A program made the position numbers and the translations under genes. From positions 142,591 through 206,590 of the IMG/VR virus record IMGVR_UViG_3300042514_000542: DNA of 64,000 nt; one strand, 5' to 3'. This document shows positions 30,617-40,632 of this stretch, in pieces. A model generated the notes under the pieces. That model worked only from the letters and a program-made list of their open reading frames with translations, searched no databases and was not told the DNA's origin. Numbering within the stretch: position 1 is the stretch's first letter; each line of letters starts with the position of its first letter.

Positions 30617-31825
30617 TTAAGGGTTCCACTTTTTCAAAAATGGTCGTTTATCAGATCCCCATTCCGTATTGAACGCTTCAAGATAACATCCAATGTTCTG
30701 TGGATGTTCTAGGAATCGTGTTTCTCCAAGTTTTCTAAGTTCTGGAACCAGACTATAATATTTAGAACGGTTTTTCCAATTAGTCATCATCTCGATTTTA
30801 TGTTCTAATTCGTCAGCAGTCTTAAACCTAAGCATATCGGGAGCGGAACTATATGTAACCATGTCTTGGCATAGACATGGGATTCCAAGTTGTGCCGCTT
30901 CGATAAATTTGATGTCGGATTTACTACGATTGAATGGAATATCCATCAATGGGGCAATAAACAGTTGTGCATTTAATGATGCTAGGAAATTAGGATAGTT
31001 TAAGAATGATTGCCATCCATGAACCTCGATTTCCTTGGAATCAACGTAAGGTTTTAGTGCTGGTGGATATGCACCAATAAATACAAACTGGTATTTGTGT
31101 CGATTGTCAATGATAAATTCATTAACGTGGGTAAAATCATCCTGACCACCAGCTAAGTTCTTAACATCAAAGTGTGCGCCAGATCCAGCATAGATAATAC
31201 GAGGCTTTTTCTTGAATGTTTCAAAATTATTACAGATTTTTCTATAATCATATTGATGACCACTCCACCAATGAGGCATAAAGTTAGGAACCACTGTTAT
31301 TTTTTGTTGTCCAGTCTTCTCAATATATAAATCTTTCATATATTGGCATGTAACTGTAACCTCATCAACCATATTGATCATATCGATACAGTTTTGGCGA
31401 ATCTCTTCGGTGTCGAATCCATGTTTTGAAGCATTGTGATCAGGAATTTCCTCGCGAAACACAACGTCATCCACCTCATAAATCAATTTAAATCCCATTT
31501 CTGGTTGAATTGATTTCAGATAAGCAATAAAATCTTTTTGATGGGATGCTGCTTGCCTTTGCAGAGTTACACTTTTAATATTATGGTAGAAACCCTTCTC
31601 TAAGACCATCTTAGTGATGTCAACAGAATCACCATAACCACTCATATTGATGTGATTTGTGATAAAAGATCTACGGAACTGTGCGCAGCCATCCCTTCCT
31701 GCAAGAAAATTGATATAACGATTTTCTAGTTGTGGAGGCATTTCCACTCTAGGTTGCTTTACATAAGTATTGCCACCATAAGGAGATTTTGGAAATGGGC
31801 TTGCGAACGGACTATTCTGAAACAT
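30617..31825 (-). CDS. GT-B fold glycosyltransferase
   Basis: YEVDD, VTVT, VVPN, YAGSGAH, APLMDIPFNRSKSDIKFIE. Confidence 0.85.
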   Translation of the reverse strand: MFQNSPFASPFPKSPYGGNTYVKQPRVEMPPQLENRYINFLAGRDGCAQFRRSFITNHINMSGYGDSVDITKMVLEKGFYHNIKSVTLQRQAASHQKDFIAYLKSIQPEMGFKLIYEVDDVVFREEIPDHNASKHGFDTEEIRQNCIDMINMVDEVTVTCQYMKDLYIEKTGQQKITVVPNFMPHWWSGHQYDYRKICNNFETFKKKPRIIYAGSGAHFDVKNLAGGQDDFTHVNEFIIDNRHKYQFVFIGAYPPALKPYVDSKEIEVHGWQSFLNYPNFLASLNAQLFIAPLMDIPFNRSKSDIKFIEAAQLGIPCLCQDMVTYSSAPDMLRFKTADELEHKIEMMTNWKNRSKYYSLVPELRKLGETRFLEHPQNIGCYLEAFNTEWGSDKRPFLKKWNP

Positions 31826-31852
31826 ACAATAATTAGTATGTTTTTTGACAAG

Positions 31853-33649
31853 TCAACTCACAATTCTTCTAGTAATCTTATTTTCTTTCTCAAGATTAAC
31901 TGTTTCTCCATCAATATGCTTTAATGTCTCCTGTCTATGAGAAATTGCATAACATGATAATGAATGTTTATCAATTCTTTCCTTCAAAACTTCTATCAGT
32001 TTATCAAATCCGACAGGATCGAAGGCCGCATCGAAAATCTCATCAAAAAATTCAACATTGGATGATACCCCAGAAATCTTTCTCTTAATATCCTTGAATG
32101 CCCATGAACAAGCAATATCAACAGTTCTACGTTCCCCACCAGAGAAATTCCAATAAGTAGTAGCCTTTCCTGTATCAGTCGTTATATGTTCATCAAAATA
32201 TTCATCAAACTTACATCTCATGGTCATACCCAAAGAAATAATATATTTCTGAATAGACGCATTCAACATATCCAAAAGTCTCTTAATGATGAATGACTTA
32301 ATACCTTCTTCTCCAAGAATAAACTTACACATCTCCAAATCACTTTGGGACTGTTGTAATTCTTCGACAATTTTTGATTCCTTCTCAAGCCTATCCTGAA
32401 CTTCTTTGATCTTCTCTTCAAAAGAAATATTATCGAGTTCCTCAACAACCATATTTTTTAATATGTCCTTCTGAAGTTCTATCGTTGATAAAATGGTATC
32501 CTTATCATATTCGATTTGTTTCGCATCCTTCAAAATTCTAGAATTCTCCCATATTTTAGTTTGGATCTTGGACTTCTTATCTATCCAACTAACCTCCTCA
32601 TCATTTAATTTTTCGATGTTATTTTCCAATTGGTTTATGATATTCACCATTTCAACCTTCATGGACTTAATATGTTCTATATGAGTTTCTGGAATGTTCT
32701 GTAAACACTTATCACATGTAGATCCATCAACACCATCGGCTTTGGACAACTTACCCTTCTCTACTTTTAATGCAGCAGACTCCTCTGATCTTTTGAAAAC
32801 AATTCTACTAAGTTTACCGTCAATATTTTCCCACACCTTATGTAATTTAACATTTTCTTCTTCTATTCCATCAATTGGAATAGATTTCATGGAATCATAT
32901 CTGACTTGAAGAAGGTCTATCTTATCCTGTAACTCTTTACGGGCTTTCTTTTCACGTTCACCCCTTTCGTCGTTTTTCTTCCTTTGTTCTTCGGATAATC
33001 TAATCAGTGGGTCGATTGAATTGGATATTTCCGAAACTTTAGTCAAACCAATTGTTAATTCAGCCTTATTATCCTTAATCTGTTCCTTCAGATCCTTCAA
33101 CATCTTACCAAAAATTTCCAATGCAAAGATATCCTCAATAAACTTGCGTTTTTCTTCTGGCTTTTTCGCCATGAATGGTGTGTTATCACTCAACGAAAGG
33201 ATGTCACATGATTTACATATGACTGGATTAGATCCAATCAGATCACAAATATATTTGTTGGTATTTGCTATGGAATCTTTGGAAATATCTTCATCTTGAT
33301 CGCCAAGTTTCCACAATTCTACTGTTGATGGCTTTAGTTGTCTAACAACTTTATAAGAACTTGTTCCAGTATCAGTCTGAACATCAAACCATAAAGTAAT
33401 ACAACCCTTACCTTTCGTAACATTATTAACTACGAACTCTTTTTTAATCTCTCTGATGGTAGTTCCAAACAGAGCATAATAGAACGATTCAATGATAACA
33501 GATTTTCCTGCACCATTTCTACGTTCTGGATTATCAATATCGACACCAGTTATGAGATTCAGACCATTCTGAAAATCAATAACCAAAGTATCGTTTCCAA
33601 CACTTAGGAAATTCTGAACAGACAATCTGGAGTATTTAATTTTTCTCAT
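31853..33649 (-). CDS. gp46: Rad50/SbcC-like recombination ATPase (gp46-like)
   Basis: QNFLSVGN, NGAGKS, CDKC hook, FSGGE, FFDE, ISH. Confidence 0.95.
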   Translation of the reverse strand: MRKIKYSRLSVQNFLSVGNDTLVIDFQNGLNLITGVDIDNPERRNGAGKSVIIESFYYALFGTTIREIKKEFVVNNVTKGKGCITLWFDVQTDTGTSSYKVVRQLKPSTVELWKLGDQDEDISKDSIANTNKYICDLIGSNPVICKSCDILSLSDNTPFMAKKPEEKRKFIEDIFALEIFGKMLKDLKEQIKDNKAELTIGLTKVSEISNSIDPLIRLSEEQRKKNDERGEREKKARKELQDKIDLLQVRYDSMKSIPIDGIEEENVKLHKVWENIDGKLSRIVFKRSEESAALKVEKGKLSKADGVDGSTCDKCLQNIPETHIEHIKSMKVEMVNIINQLENNIEKLNDEEVSWIDKKSKIQTKIWENSRILKDAKQIEYDKDTILSTIELQKDILKNMVVEELDNISFEEKIKEVQDRLEKESKIVEELQQSQSDLEMCKFILGEEGIKSFIIKRLLDMLNASIQKYIISLGMTMRCKFDEYFDEHITTDTGKATTYWNFSGGERRTVDIACSWAFKDIKRKISGVSSNVEFFDEIFDAAFDPVGFDKLIEVLKERIDKHSLSCYAISHRQETLKHIDGETVNLEKENKITRRIVS

Positions 33650-33935
33650 TCAAGTCTTCCCTTTCAGTTTTACATATAGCAAAGACACGATCAAGCATCC
33701 TATTGGCATTAGCAAGCATCTTACATGTTTTAAACGCACTTAATAAATCATATAATTTAGACATTCGGATATACTCACCGTCAGATTTTTCATCATTTAA
33801 ACGAATTATGAAATCTTCAACAGATTCCAATTTTCCCCAATCTAATGAGTATGGAATTTGTGTAAATTTGGATTGGTGTCGTATCCAATGTTCAACTCTA
33901 TCCTTTTTAATTACGAAAATTGGCTGTTTTTTCAT
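33636..33935 (-). CDS. Hypothetical protein
   Basis: 99 aa between gp47 and gp46. Confidence 0.5.
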   Translation of the reverse strand: MKKQPIFVIKKDRVEHWIRHQSKFTQIPYSLDWGKLESVEDFIIRLNDEKSDGEYIRMSKLYDLLSAFKTCKMLANANRMLDRVFAICKTEREDLNEKN

Positions 33936-33941
33936 ATAATA

Positions 33942-34109
33942 TTATTGCGCCCATTCCGGTAAGAGTTCACATTGAGATTTAGGAAAAAGGAATCCAAAAG
34001 TCATATTACCTAAATATTCACCGTCTTCGAAATTACATTTGAAGAAACCAATTTTTCCATCTGTGAAAAATACCTTAAAATTTTTACCTATATTATTTGT
34101 GTCGTTCAT
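33942..34109 (-). CDS. Small hypothetical protein (not in the ORF track)
   Basis: 55-aa MNDTNNIGKNFKVFF...PEWAQ fills the gap after gp47. Confidence 0.45.
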   Translation of the reverse strand: MNDTNNIGKNFKVFFTDGKIGFFKCNFEDGEYLGNMTFGFLFPKSQCELLPEWAQ

Positions 34110-35112
34110 ATAATTCTTTCATTATTTTTTCCACACGTTTTTCTTTTTCATCTTCCATTTTCAACTGCTCAATAAACTCATCAATCGAATCCAGAAGATC
34201 CACACTATCAAGTTCTTCAACATCATCAACTGTTTTAGTGGATGTGTTATATTCGGTATGGAATTGAAATGGTTTGTATTTGGAAATGTAGGTTTGAATC
34301 TTTTCAACTTGCTTTTCCGTAGCCTCAACGTCAACAATGAGTTTAACAATGTTATTTTCAAAGTCAACCTTTGTATATGACTTCAATTTCGACAATGTGA
34401 TCTTCTTAAACTTCGGTGAAACCGTATTTTCAAAGAATTCCAATGATCCGTCTTCAATATCCAAAATATGATAACCTTTAATATTACCAGCATCGGCAAA
34501 ATCCATTGGAAACGTGTTACCAATATAATGAATTGAACCCTCATTATACTTCTTGGTGTTTCTATGGTGGAAATGACCAGAGAATACGGTATCGGTTCTT
34601 GATGCTAGAAAGTCCATCGATGATAATCCATGATCACAAACCTTAAAGTTATTCATCTTGAAGTTCTGGATTTCAAAGTGACCAAAAATATAGTCAAATT
34701 TCCCTTCTGGTAATTCACTATTCCATGGAACGAATAACAAATCCTTATCGAATGCGTTTATTTCAATGTTTTGATCAACGATTGTTAGGTTTTTATGACC
34801 ACGTAGTAATCCAAGACTATGAACATCTGCTCTATTCTTGTAAAAAGCATCGTGATTTCCAACAATGATTATCATATTGAATTCTGAGAACATATCTAGA
34901 ATTTCAGATGCAACGTGGATAGTTTGAACACTGATTTCAGAACGATTATGAAAAAAGTCACCAAGGAATAATATATCCTTAATCTTCTTTTTCTTCAATT
35001 CTTTCACCATCCACCTAGCCCACACTTTAGCGACTTCGTGCCAAGATTCAGAGTTTCCATAAAGACCTAAATGTAGGTCAGAAAATAGTGCTACTTTTGA
35101 TTTCTTAATCAT
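34093..35112 (-). CDS. gp47: Mre11/SbcD-like nuclease (gp47-like)
   Basis: DLH, GDFF, GNHD, GHF, SGHFH metallophosphoesterase motifs. Confidence 0.95.
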   Translation of the reverse strand: MIKKSKVALFSDLHLGLYGNSESWHEVAKVWARWMVKELKKKKIKDILFLGDFFHNRSEISVQTIHVASEILDMFSEFNMIIIVGNHDAFYKNRADVHSLGLLRGHKNLTIVDQNIEINAFDKDLLFVPWNSELPEGKFDYIFGHFEIQNFKMNNFKVCDHGLSSMDFLASRTDTVFSGHFHHRNTKKYNEGSIHYIGNTFPMDFADAGNIKGYHILDIEDGSLEFFENTVSPKFKKITLSKLKSYTKVDFENNIVKLIVDVEATEKQVEKIQTYISKYKPFQFHTEYNTSTKTVDDVEELDSVDLLDSIDEFIEQLKMEDEKEKRVEKIMKELYERHK

Positions 35113-35305
35113 GTTTCCAATTTCGATCTAAAAATTTAGACATCTCAGCTAATGCAGGTTTGAATAAATTATTATATGAATAATCCGAGTAGTTAGCGCA
35201 TTTATATTCGAATACATCTTCAGAATATCCATTAAGATGGCATCGGATAATCCACTTACCATCTTCATATCTACCATCTATTTTATCAACTCTCCTATGT
35301 TTCAT
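35105..35305 (-). CDS. Small hypothetical protein
   Basis: Start placed at MKHRRVD, just after the gp55 stop. Confidence 0.5.
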   Translation of the reverse strand: MKHRRVDKIDGRYEDGKWIIRCHLNGYSEDVFEYKCANYSDYSYNNLFKPALAEMSKFLDRNWKHD

Positions 35306-35306
35306 A

Positions 35307-35753
35307 TTAGTCATAACATCCGTCCTCTGAATCATGTTCCAACATCGGTCTAACATAAACCGACCCTTGTGATGCATCGCTCATTTCATTTTCATAAACC
35401 ATCTGTTTATATTCTTCCAGACCTTCGTGTTGTCTATTCTCTTTCTTGATACGATTGGAAAATGCATTCCATGCAATCTGATTGAAGTATGAGAATGGAT
35501 TGAATTCTGATTCAATCTTAAATTTCTTATCTTCCAATGCTGAATACATCTTCAAAATGGCATCACCCACCATCTCATCTTTCCATGTGTAATTGATAAA
35601 CCTATAATTATAACTAAGACCTTCAGCAATCTTAACTATGTTCAAGGCTAGTTCATTCGACATTACATCATCCTCGTAGTATTTCTCCAATTGCTGGCGA
35701 AATAGTTTTGATGACACATAATACTTCTCTTTAACGTCTTTATTTGTTATCAT
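35307..35753 (-). CDS. gp55: Late-transcription sigma factor (gp55-like)
   Basis: KIAEGLS..RFINYTWKDEMVGDA and NPFSYFNQIAWNAF..RIKKE. Confidence 0.93.
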   Translation of the reverse strand: MITNKDVKEKYYVSSKLFRQQLEKYYEDDVMSNELALNIVKIAEGLSYNYRFINYTWKDEMVGDAILKMYSALEDKKFKIESEFNPFSYFNQIAWNAFSNRIKKENRQHEGLEEYKQMVYENEMSDASQGSVYVRPMLEHDSEDGCYD

Positions 35754-36487
35754 AATTCTTTATTCTTTCTTGGTCGTTTACTTCCACTATTTCTTAACCT
35801 GCTCGCCTCACCTATTCTTTTTCTAGTTTCTTCTGAATGGGTGTATGTAGAATTTTTTCTTGATTCTCTCATCTTTTCCTTTGTCTCTTCTGATAGAGGG
35901 ATTCCCACCTTAAGTTGTCTCAATTTTTCTTTAGTTTCTTCACTCGTCTTATACCCCAATCTTACATTTCTCATTTTTTCCTTGGTTTCATCCGATACTT
36001 TCCTCCCCAAATTAGACTTTCTATTTTTTTCATTAGATTCTTTTGAATGGTGTTTACCTATTCTCGAAAGCCTTATTTTTTCTCTAGTTTCTTCGGATTT
36101 TGGTTTCCTCATTTTTTCTTTAGATTCTTCTGAATGATAATATCCGGTTCTATCTCGGGAATATTTGCATATATTATAACCTATATCATTATTTGTAGAA
36201 TCTAGTAGTGATATATAATGAGATTCTAGTTCTAATAGATCCGTATTATCTTTAAATTTATCAAAATTTTCATAGATCTCTAATATCTCAATAGTGAATG
36301 AATTCCATCCATATTTTTTAATAACGTGTTGTAAATAACACTTGCCTTGCTTTTTATTTTCACAATATTTATGAGATATAAATCTATTTTTCAGGTTTAT
36401 CGATTTTCCCACATATATCTTATTTGTCACACCACATGTTAATTTATATACTCCAGCAACATTTTTATATTCAGAATAATTATTCAT
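35750..36487 (-). mobile_element. Free-standing GIY-YIG homing endonuclease with NUMOD3 repeats
   Basis: GVY...YVG, GYNICKYSRDRTG, multiple SEETKEK repeats; own TAAATA. Confidence 0.9.
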
Positions 36488-36491
36488 ATAA

Positions 36492-37940
36492 TTATTTAGA
36501 TGAAAGGTTTAGTTCAGTCTCCTTCCACGGTATCTGTTCGTCGTCATAAAATGTCTTTCTAAGATCTGCATGTTCAGTGGATGATTTCATATTATCATAC
36601 AAATCGAAAATTGTAAGTAAATCTTTACTATGATGTAATCTTAATCCACGACCGATTGACTGAACTATTCGAACGAATGATTTACCATTACCAGCGAACA
36701 TGACATAATGTAAATTCTTAACATTGATACCAGTTGAGAAAATGGATGCCATGGCAACACATACGATATTATCCTGCGATTCCATTCTCTCGATTATAGC
36801 CATTCTCTCTAATACGGGCATCGCACCACTAACAAAATAAAATTCCTTGTCGTCAAATTTTAGATGTTCTGATAAATGCTCACCATGTTCCAGTCTATTG
36901 ACTAGTATAAGAATATTCTTATTCAATTTAGATACTATTTTTCGTATGGTATTATTACGAGTCTCATCAGTATGAATAAATTCCAATTCTTTCTTATATC
37001 CTCTTGGTGGATGTTTATGGATTAGTTTTATAACTCTGATCGTAGCATGGGCTAAAAACTTAGCATCCCTAAGTTCCTTTGAATTTTTCTCGTATATAAT
37101 CGGACCGAATGTTCCTATGATTTTCCACACATCAATTTTCTCTTTCGGTAAAGTTCCAGTAAACCCGAACTTGTTGGGAGTTTTTATCTTGGATAGGATT
37201 TTTGTCATCACATTTCCAAGTTTGGTCTGGTGACACTCATCCCTCAATACCAGATCGACATCCAATAAATTTGTAAAGTTCCCGAATTGGGAACACAAAC
37301 ATTCAGTATTGACTATAATGACTTCCGTATCCGTTAAAGGTAACTTATAATTTCCCTTGGTATCAGTCTCGCCTGTCCATCCAGAGAAAGTAAACGAAAC
37401 TTCGTATTCCTTAAAGTCATTCAACAACTGATGAACCAATCCTGTGCCGGGAACAACGAGTAAACATTTCACATTCCCTTTGATTTTTTTCCAATTCTCG
37501 ATAAGAGATGCTTGAATCAAAGACTTACCACCACCTGTTGCCACCACAACAGTCCCACGACCCACTTTTAGGCAAGTTTCAACTGTTTCCACCTGATAGT
37601 CCCTCAAAGGATACTTAAGCCCGTCAAATAGCTCATAGTCCTTAAAACCGCACATCAGACATTCCTTAAAATTATCTGTATAAGTTATTTCTGATATAGA
37701 TTCGGATATAAGAAATTTTCGAATATCAACAAACAATCCAAAATCAAATAATCCACTGGCTTGAATAGCATACTTTCTATCAGGAATTTTGGATTTCTTA
37801 CCAAGACTCTTAGCTTTATGATTTACAAAAGAGGCAGATGCATCCTTTTCTGAGAAATGGTTACGAACAAACGTCAAGATTGAATCATCACAGATCAATC
37901 TTCCTTTTCTATAGGATTTGTCGTAGTCGAATGTGATCAT
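36492..37940 (-). CDS. uvsW: SF2 helicase UvsW
   Basis: LRDYQ, ATGGGKS, DECH, GFTGT, FSTGIN, QSIGRGLR. Confidence 0.93.
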   Translation of the reverse strand: MITFDYDKSYRKGRLICDDSILTFVRNHFSEKDASASFVNHKAKSLGKKSKIPDRKYAIQASGLFDFGLFVDIRKFLISESISEITYTDNFKECLMCGFKDYELFDGLKYPLRDYQVETVETCLKVGRGTVVVATGGGKSLIQASLIENWKKIKGNVKCLLVVPGTGLVHQLLNDFKEYEVSFTFSGWTGETDTKGNYKLPLTDTEVIIVNTECLCSQFGNFTNLLDVDLVLRDECHQTKLGNVMTKILSKIKTPNKFGFTGTLPKEKIDVWKIIGTFGPIIYEKNSKELRDAKFLAHATIRVIKLIHKHPPRGYKKELEFIHTDETRNNTIRKIVSKLNKNILILVNRLEHGEHLSEHLKFDDKEFYFVSGAMPVLERMAIIERMESQDNIVCVAMASIFSTGINVKNLHYVMFAGNGKSFVRIVQSIGRGLRLHHSKDLLTIFDLYDNMKSSTEHADLRKTFYDDEQIPWKETELNLSSK

Positions 37941-38329
37941 TCCATTTCTAATTTTTTATGATCAATTCGATTTTTCATATCTTGATGAATCCAAGAAATC
38001 ATATTCACTACACGATCCAGATATTCTATCAGGAATTCCAGTTCAGCAAGTCTTTCGTTGATATCTTCCAACTTGGAATCATTCTCAATGCCATCCAATG
38101 TAGTTTTTGATAAGTTGACAACACCTGACGCAACTCGACTTTCGATAAGAGCGTCTTTAATCTTCTTCTTAGCCTTGATAAGTTTTGATTTATCAATCTT
38201 TGCTAAGATCAAACGATAAATCCATGAATGTTTTACCGCTGGAATTCTTCTCAAGCGATCATCCATGTTAAAATCATCAAATTTTAGGAACTCGATTATC
38301 TCCTGTTGGTATTCTTCAAGTTTACTCAT
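37937..38329 (-). CDS. uvsY: Recombination mediator UvsY-like
   Basis: 130 aa helical protein adjacent to uvsW; IPAVKHSW...DMKNRID..KLE. Confidence 0.75.
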   Translation of the reverse strand: MSKLEEYQQEIIEFLKFDDFNMDDRLRRIPAVKHSWIYRLILAKIDKSKLIKAKKKIKDALIESRVASGVVNLSKTTLDGIENDSKLEDINERLAELEFLIEYLDRVVNMISWIHQDMKNRIDHKKLEME

Positions 38330-38357
38330 CTCGTATCTTGATAGTATAAATACATAT

Positions 38358-38606
38358 ATGAGATTGTCAATAGAAGAACAAACAAAACTTGCAAATATTT
38401 ACGAAACTAAGGTGTTAGTTGAAATGGATGTAGCGGGAATTATGGGTGGTGCGCCAACTTCTGGTGGTAGTCTTGAGAATGTTGATGGTTATGCCGCTGG
38501 GGATAATAGGATTCCTAAAATCTTAGGTGGTATTCAGACTCGTAGGGGTCTTGCGAAGAAAAATGGTAAGAAAAAGAGGAAAGTTGGCACGAAATCTGCG
38601 TCCTAA
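38358..38606 (+). CDS. Small late protein with a basic C-terminus
   Basis: Exact TATAAATA 5 nt before MRLSIE; LVE leader; DGYAAGDNRIPK. Confidence 0.65.
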   Translation: MRLSIEEQTKLANIYETKVLVEMDVAGIMGGAPTSGGSLENVDGYAAGDNRIPKILGGIQTRRGLAKKNGKKKRKVGTKSAS

Positions 38607-38848
38607 TAAGTTATTATAATTGTTATAACTACTTTATAACTATTTCTTATTCTTTATTGTACATTAATATATAATAACTATAACTATATTAATAGTACCT
38701 AGCCCGCCCACCACCCCTTAAGTATAACTACAATAACAGAAAGTCAATAGGGTAAATTGAAAATAGTTGAAAAAAGAAAATTTACTACTAATTAGTAGTA
38801 GTTAGTATAGTAAGTTATAGTTATTGTACAATAATAGAAAGAAACAAA
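38607..38848. other. Candidate replication origin or control region
   Basis: Largest intergenic gap; very AT-rich; TAACTA repeats in both orientations; two perfect palindromes; near the switch of the coding strand. Confidence 0.5.
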
Positions 38849-39292
38849 ATGGACAACACAACATGGAAAAACCTACCAGAAGATTACAGTGACATTTTCG
38901 GCTTCGTTTACATAATTAAAAATCATCACCCAGAAGCGATTAAAAAATACTACATAGGTTGTAAACAGTGTCAGAAAAGAGTGAAGAAGAAACCATTAAA
39001 GGGTAAAACAAGGAATAGAATACAGTTCAAGGATAATGATGTTCTAAAGTATTGGGGATCGTCAAAAGAATTACTAGCAGACATTGAGAATTATGGTATA
39101 GAACATTTCACAAGAGAAGTTATACAACTATGTGATTCAAAGTTTGATATGAAGTATTCTGAACTTCATTGGCAGTTACTCACAAATGCTTTATTGGATA
39201 GTAGGTTTTACAATGGGATCATTAACATTCGTCTAGTAGCACCGAAAAATTACGTTGACAAACCAAGAAGTCTCGATACACTCAATTTATGA
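38849..39292 (+). CDS. Short GIY-YIG family nuclease
   Basis: GFVYII...YIGCK...YWGSS...REVI...E...FYNG; no DNA-binding repeats. Confidence 0.8.
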   Translation: MDNTTWKNLPEDYSDIFGFVYIIKNHHPEAIKKYYIGCKQCQKRVKKKPLKGKTRNRIQFKDNDVLKYWGSSKELLADIENYGIEHFTREVIQLCDSKFDMKYSELHWQLLTNALLDSRFYNGIINIRLVAPKNYVDKPRSLDTLNL

Positions 39293-39783
39293 TTTTCATA
39301 AAAGAGTATAACGGTGTTGTTTTTGAAGACTTGGAATCCGTTTTTAAAAAAACCAATATAGATTTTTACAATTATATAACAGAAATGGGTATAGAAATAG
39401 ATCTTTCCAAAAAGGATCAACAAAAAATATATCTACATCATTTTATAATTTATCTATGTAATGTTTTAAAGACCCATAATGATAAAATAATATTCCATAT
39501 TAATTCATTTAATATTTGCGATATTCAGAAAAAAATAATTAAAAAGATTAAGAGAATATTTGGAATACGCATATGGGTGTCTCCCTATACTATTGATACG
39601 TTTTTGGAAAATTTGAAGAATCGTGATGTTACCATAACGGATTCTTTCGAATTATACTTAAACATCAAATCTAAACCAAAATCATTTAGACATATTAAAA
39701 AATATTTAGATAAGGAAGGCTTTACCAGTCTTTCAGATAGTTATTTCCAAGACATAGCAAACAAAATGGTTATTCTTTGTTAA
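39289..39783 (+). CDS. Hypothetical protein
   Basis: 164 aa; TTGACA-N16-TACACT 6 nt upstream. Confidence 0.6.
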   Translation: MIFIKEYNGVVFEDLESVFKKTNIDFYNYITEMGIEIDLSKKDQQKIYLHHFIIYLCNVLKTHNDKIIFHINSFNICDIQKKIIKKIKRIFGIRIWVSPYTIDTFLENLKNRDVTITDSFELYLNIKSKPKSFRHIKKYLDKEGFTSLSDSYFQDIANKMVILC

Positions 39784-39792
39784 ATAATCAAT

Positions 39793-40233
39793 ATGAGTAA
39801 ATTCCTTAATCTTATAGAACAGTTCGATCCACAAAACACTGAAGATCCCAAGTGGAAACTGATTGATTATCTTAAATCCAAAGGTGTTCATGTAGAACTT
39901 GTAAGGGATACCGATATGGTTCATATCCATACAGATGGTGATGTCATTGCGGTTAATGTTTCCATTCCAGAAGAAGAGGCTGAAAGTATTAATGCTGGAA
40001 CTGGAACCTATGAAGTAGATCAAGAGGTTGAAAATCTTGGAAATAAGGCTAATAGCGGATTAAGAGGATTGGCAGCAAAAGCTTGGGGAACTCCAGCACA
40101 AAAAGCTAAAACAGCGGTGAAAGAGCGTCAACAAGTTGCTGGACAAGCTGTAGATGCATATAAAAAAGGAACCGAAAGAATCCAAAAAGGATTACAAGCG
40201 GTTAAAAAATCAGCAATCGGCAGAACATACTAA
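39793..40233 (+). CDS. Late protein, candidate internal protein
   Basis: MSKFLNLIE leader; TAAATA upstream. Confidence 0.6.
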   Translation: MSKFLNLIEQFDPQNTEDPKWKLIDYLKSKGVHVELVRDTDMVHIHTDGDVIAVNVSIPEEEAESINAGTGTYEVDQEVENLGNKANSGLRGLAAKAWGTPAQKAKTAVKERQQVAGQAVDAYKKGTERIQKGLQAVKKSAIGRTY

Positions 40234-40607
40234 TGAAATCTAAAACTTTACAACTAATCAATCGTTATCACCGTCTTATTAGAGAGCAAGGTGAAGACCC
40301 ATCTATGGAACAAGACCCTAATGCTATGGAACAACCACAAGATGCTGTTGATCCAAATGCTGGAGGTGCTGGAGAAGAGGAATTACCATTAACGTCTCAA
40401 GGTGAAGATAAGTATATTGCTGATCTTATTGATGCAGCATTATTCGAGCCATCAGCAGAAGACGCTAGAACACTTTTAAATCTCCAAAACGTAATGCAAA
40501 TGAAGCGTTACAAAAATGCTAGAGAAGAAGTTCTACCATTAGTATTATCTCTTATTAGTTCTGAAACCCAAGGTGGGGATCTTAAAAAGAGCTTGAATTC
40601 AATTTAA
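40233..40607 (+). CDS. Late protein, candidate internal protein
   Basis: RLIREQ leader followed by an acidic EQDP linker. Confidence 0.6.
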   Translation: MKSKTLQLINRYHRLIREQGEDPSMEQDPNAMEQPQDAVDPNAGGAGEEELPLTSQGEDKYIADLIDAALFEPSAEDARTLLNLQNVMQMKRYKNAREEVLPLVLSLISSETQGGDLKKSLNSI

Positions 40608-40632
40608 CCTAAACATTTTAATAAATAATACT

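Noticed and set aside
16540-36140. Repeated ttcttc/gtttcttc DNA read as a CRISPR or other array
   Set aside because: These are degenerate coding repeats (NUMOD3 SEETK motifs), with no constant repeat-spacer structure.
20097-37940. Inteins or group I introns in the polymerase, helicases or UvsX
   Set aside because: Proteins are of normal length with contiguous motifs, and the endonucleases lie between genes.
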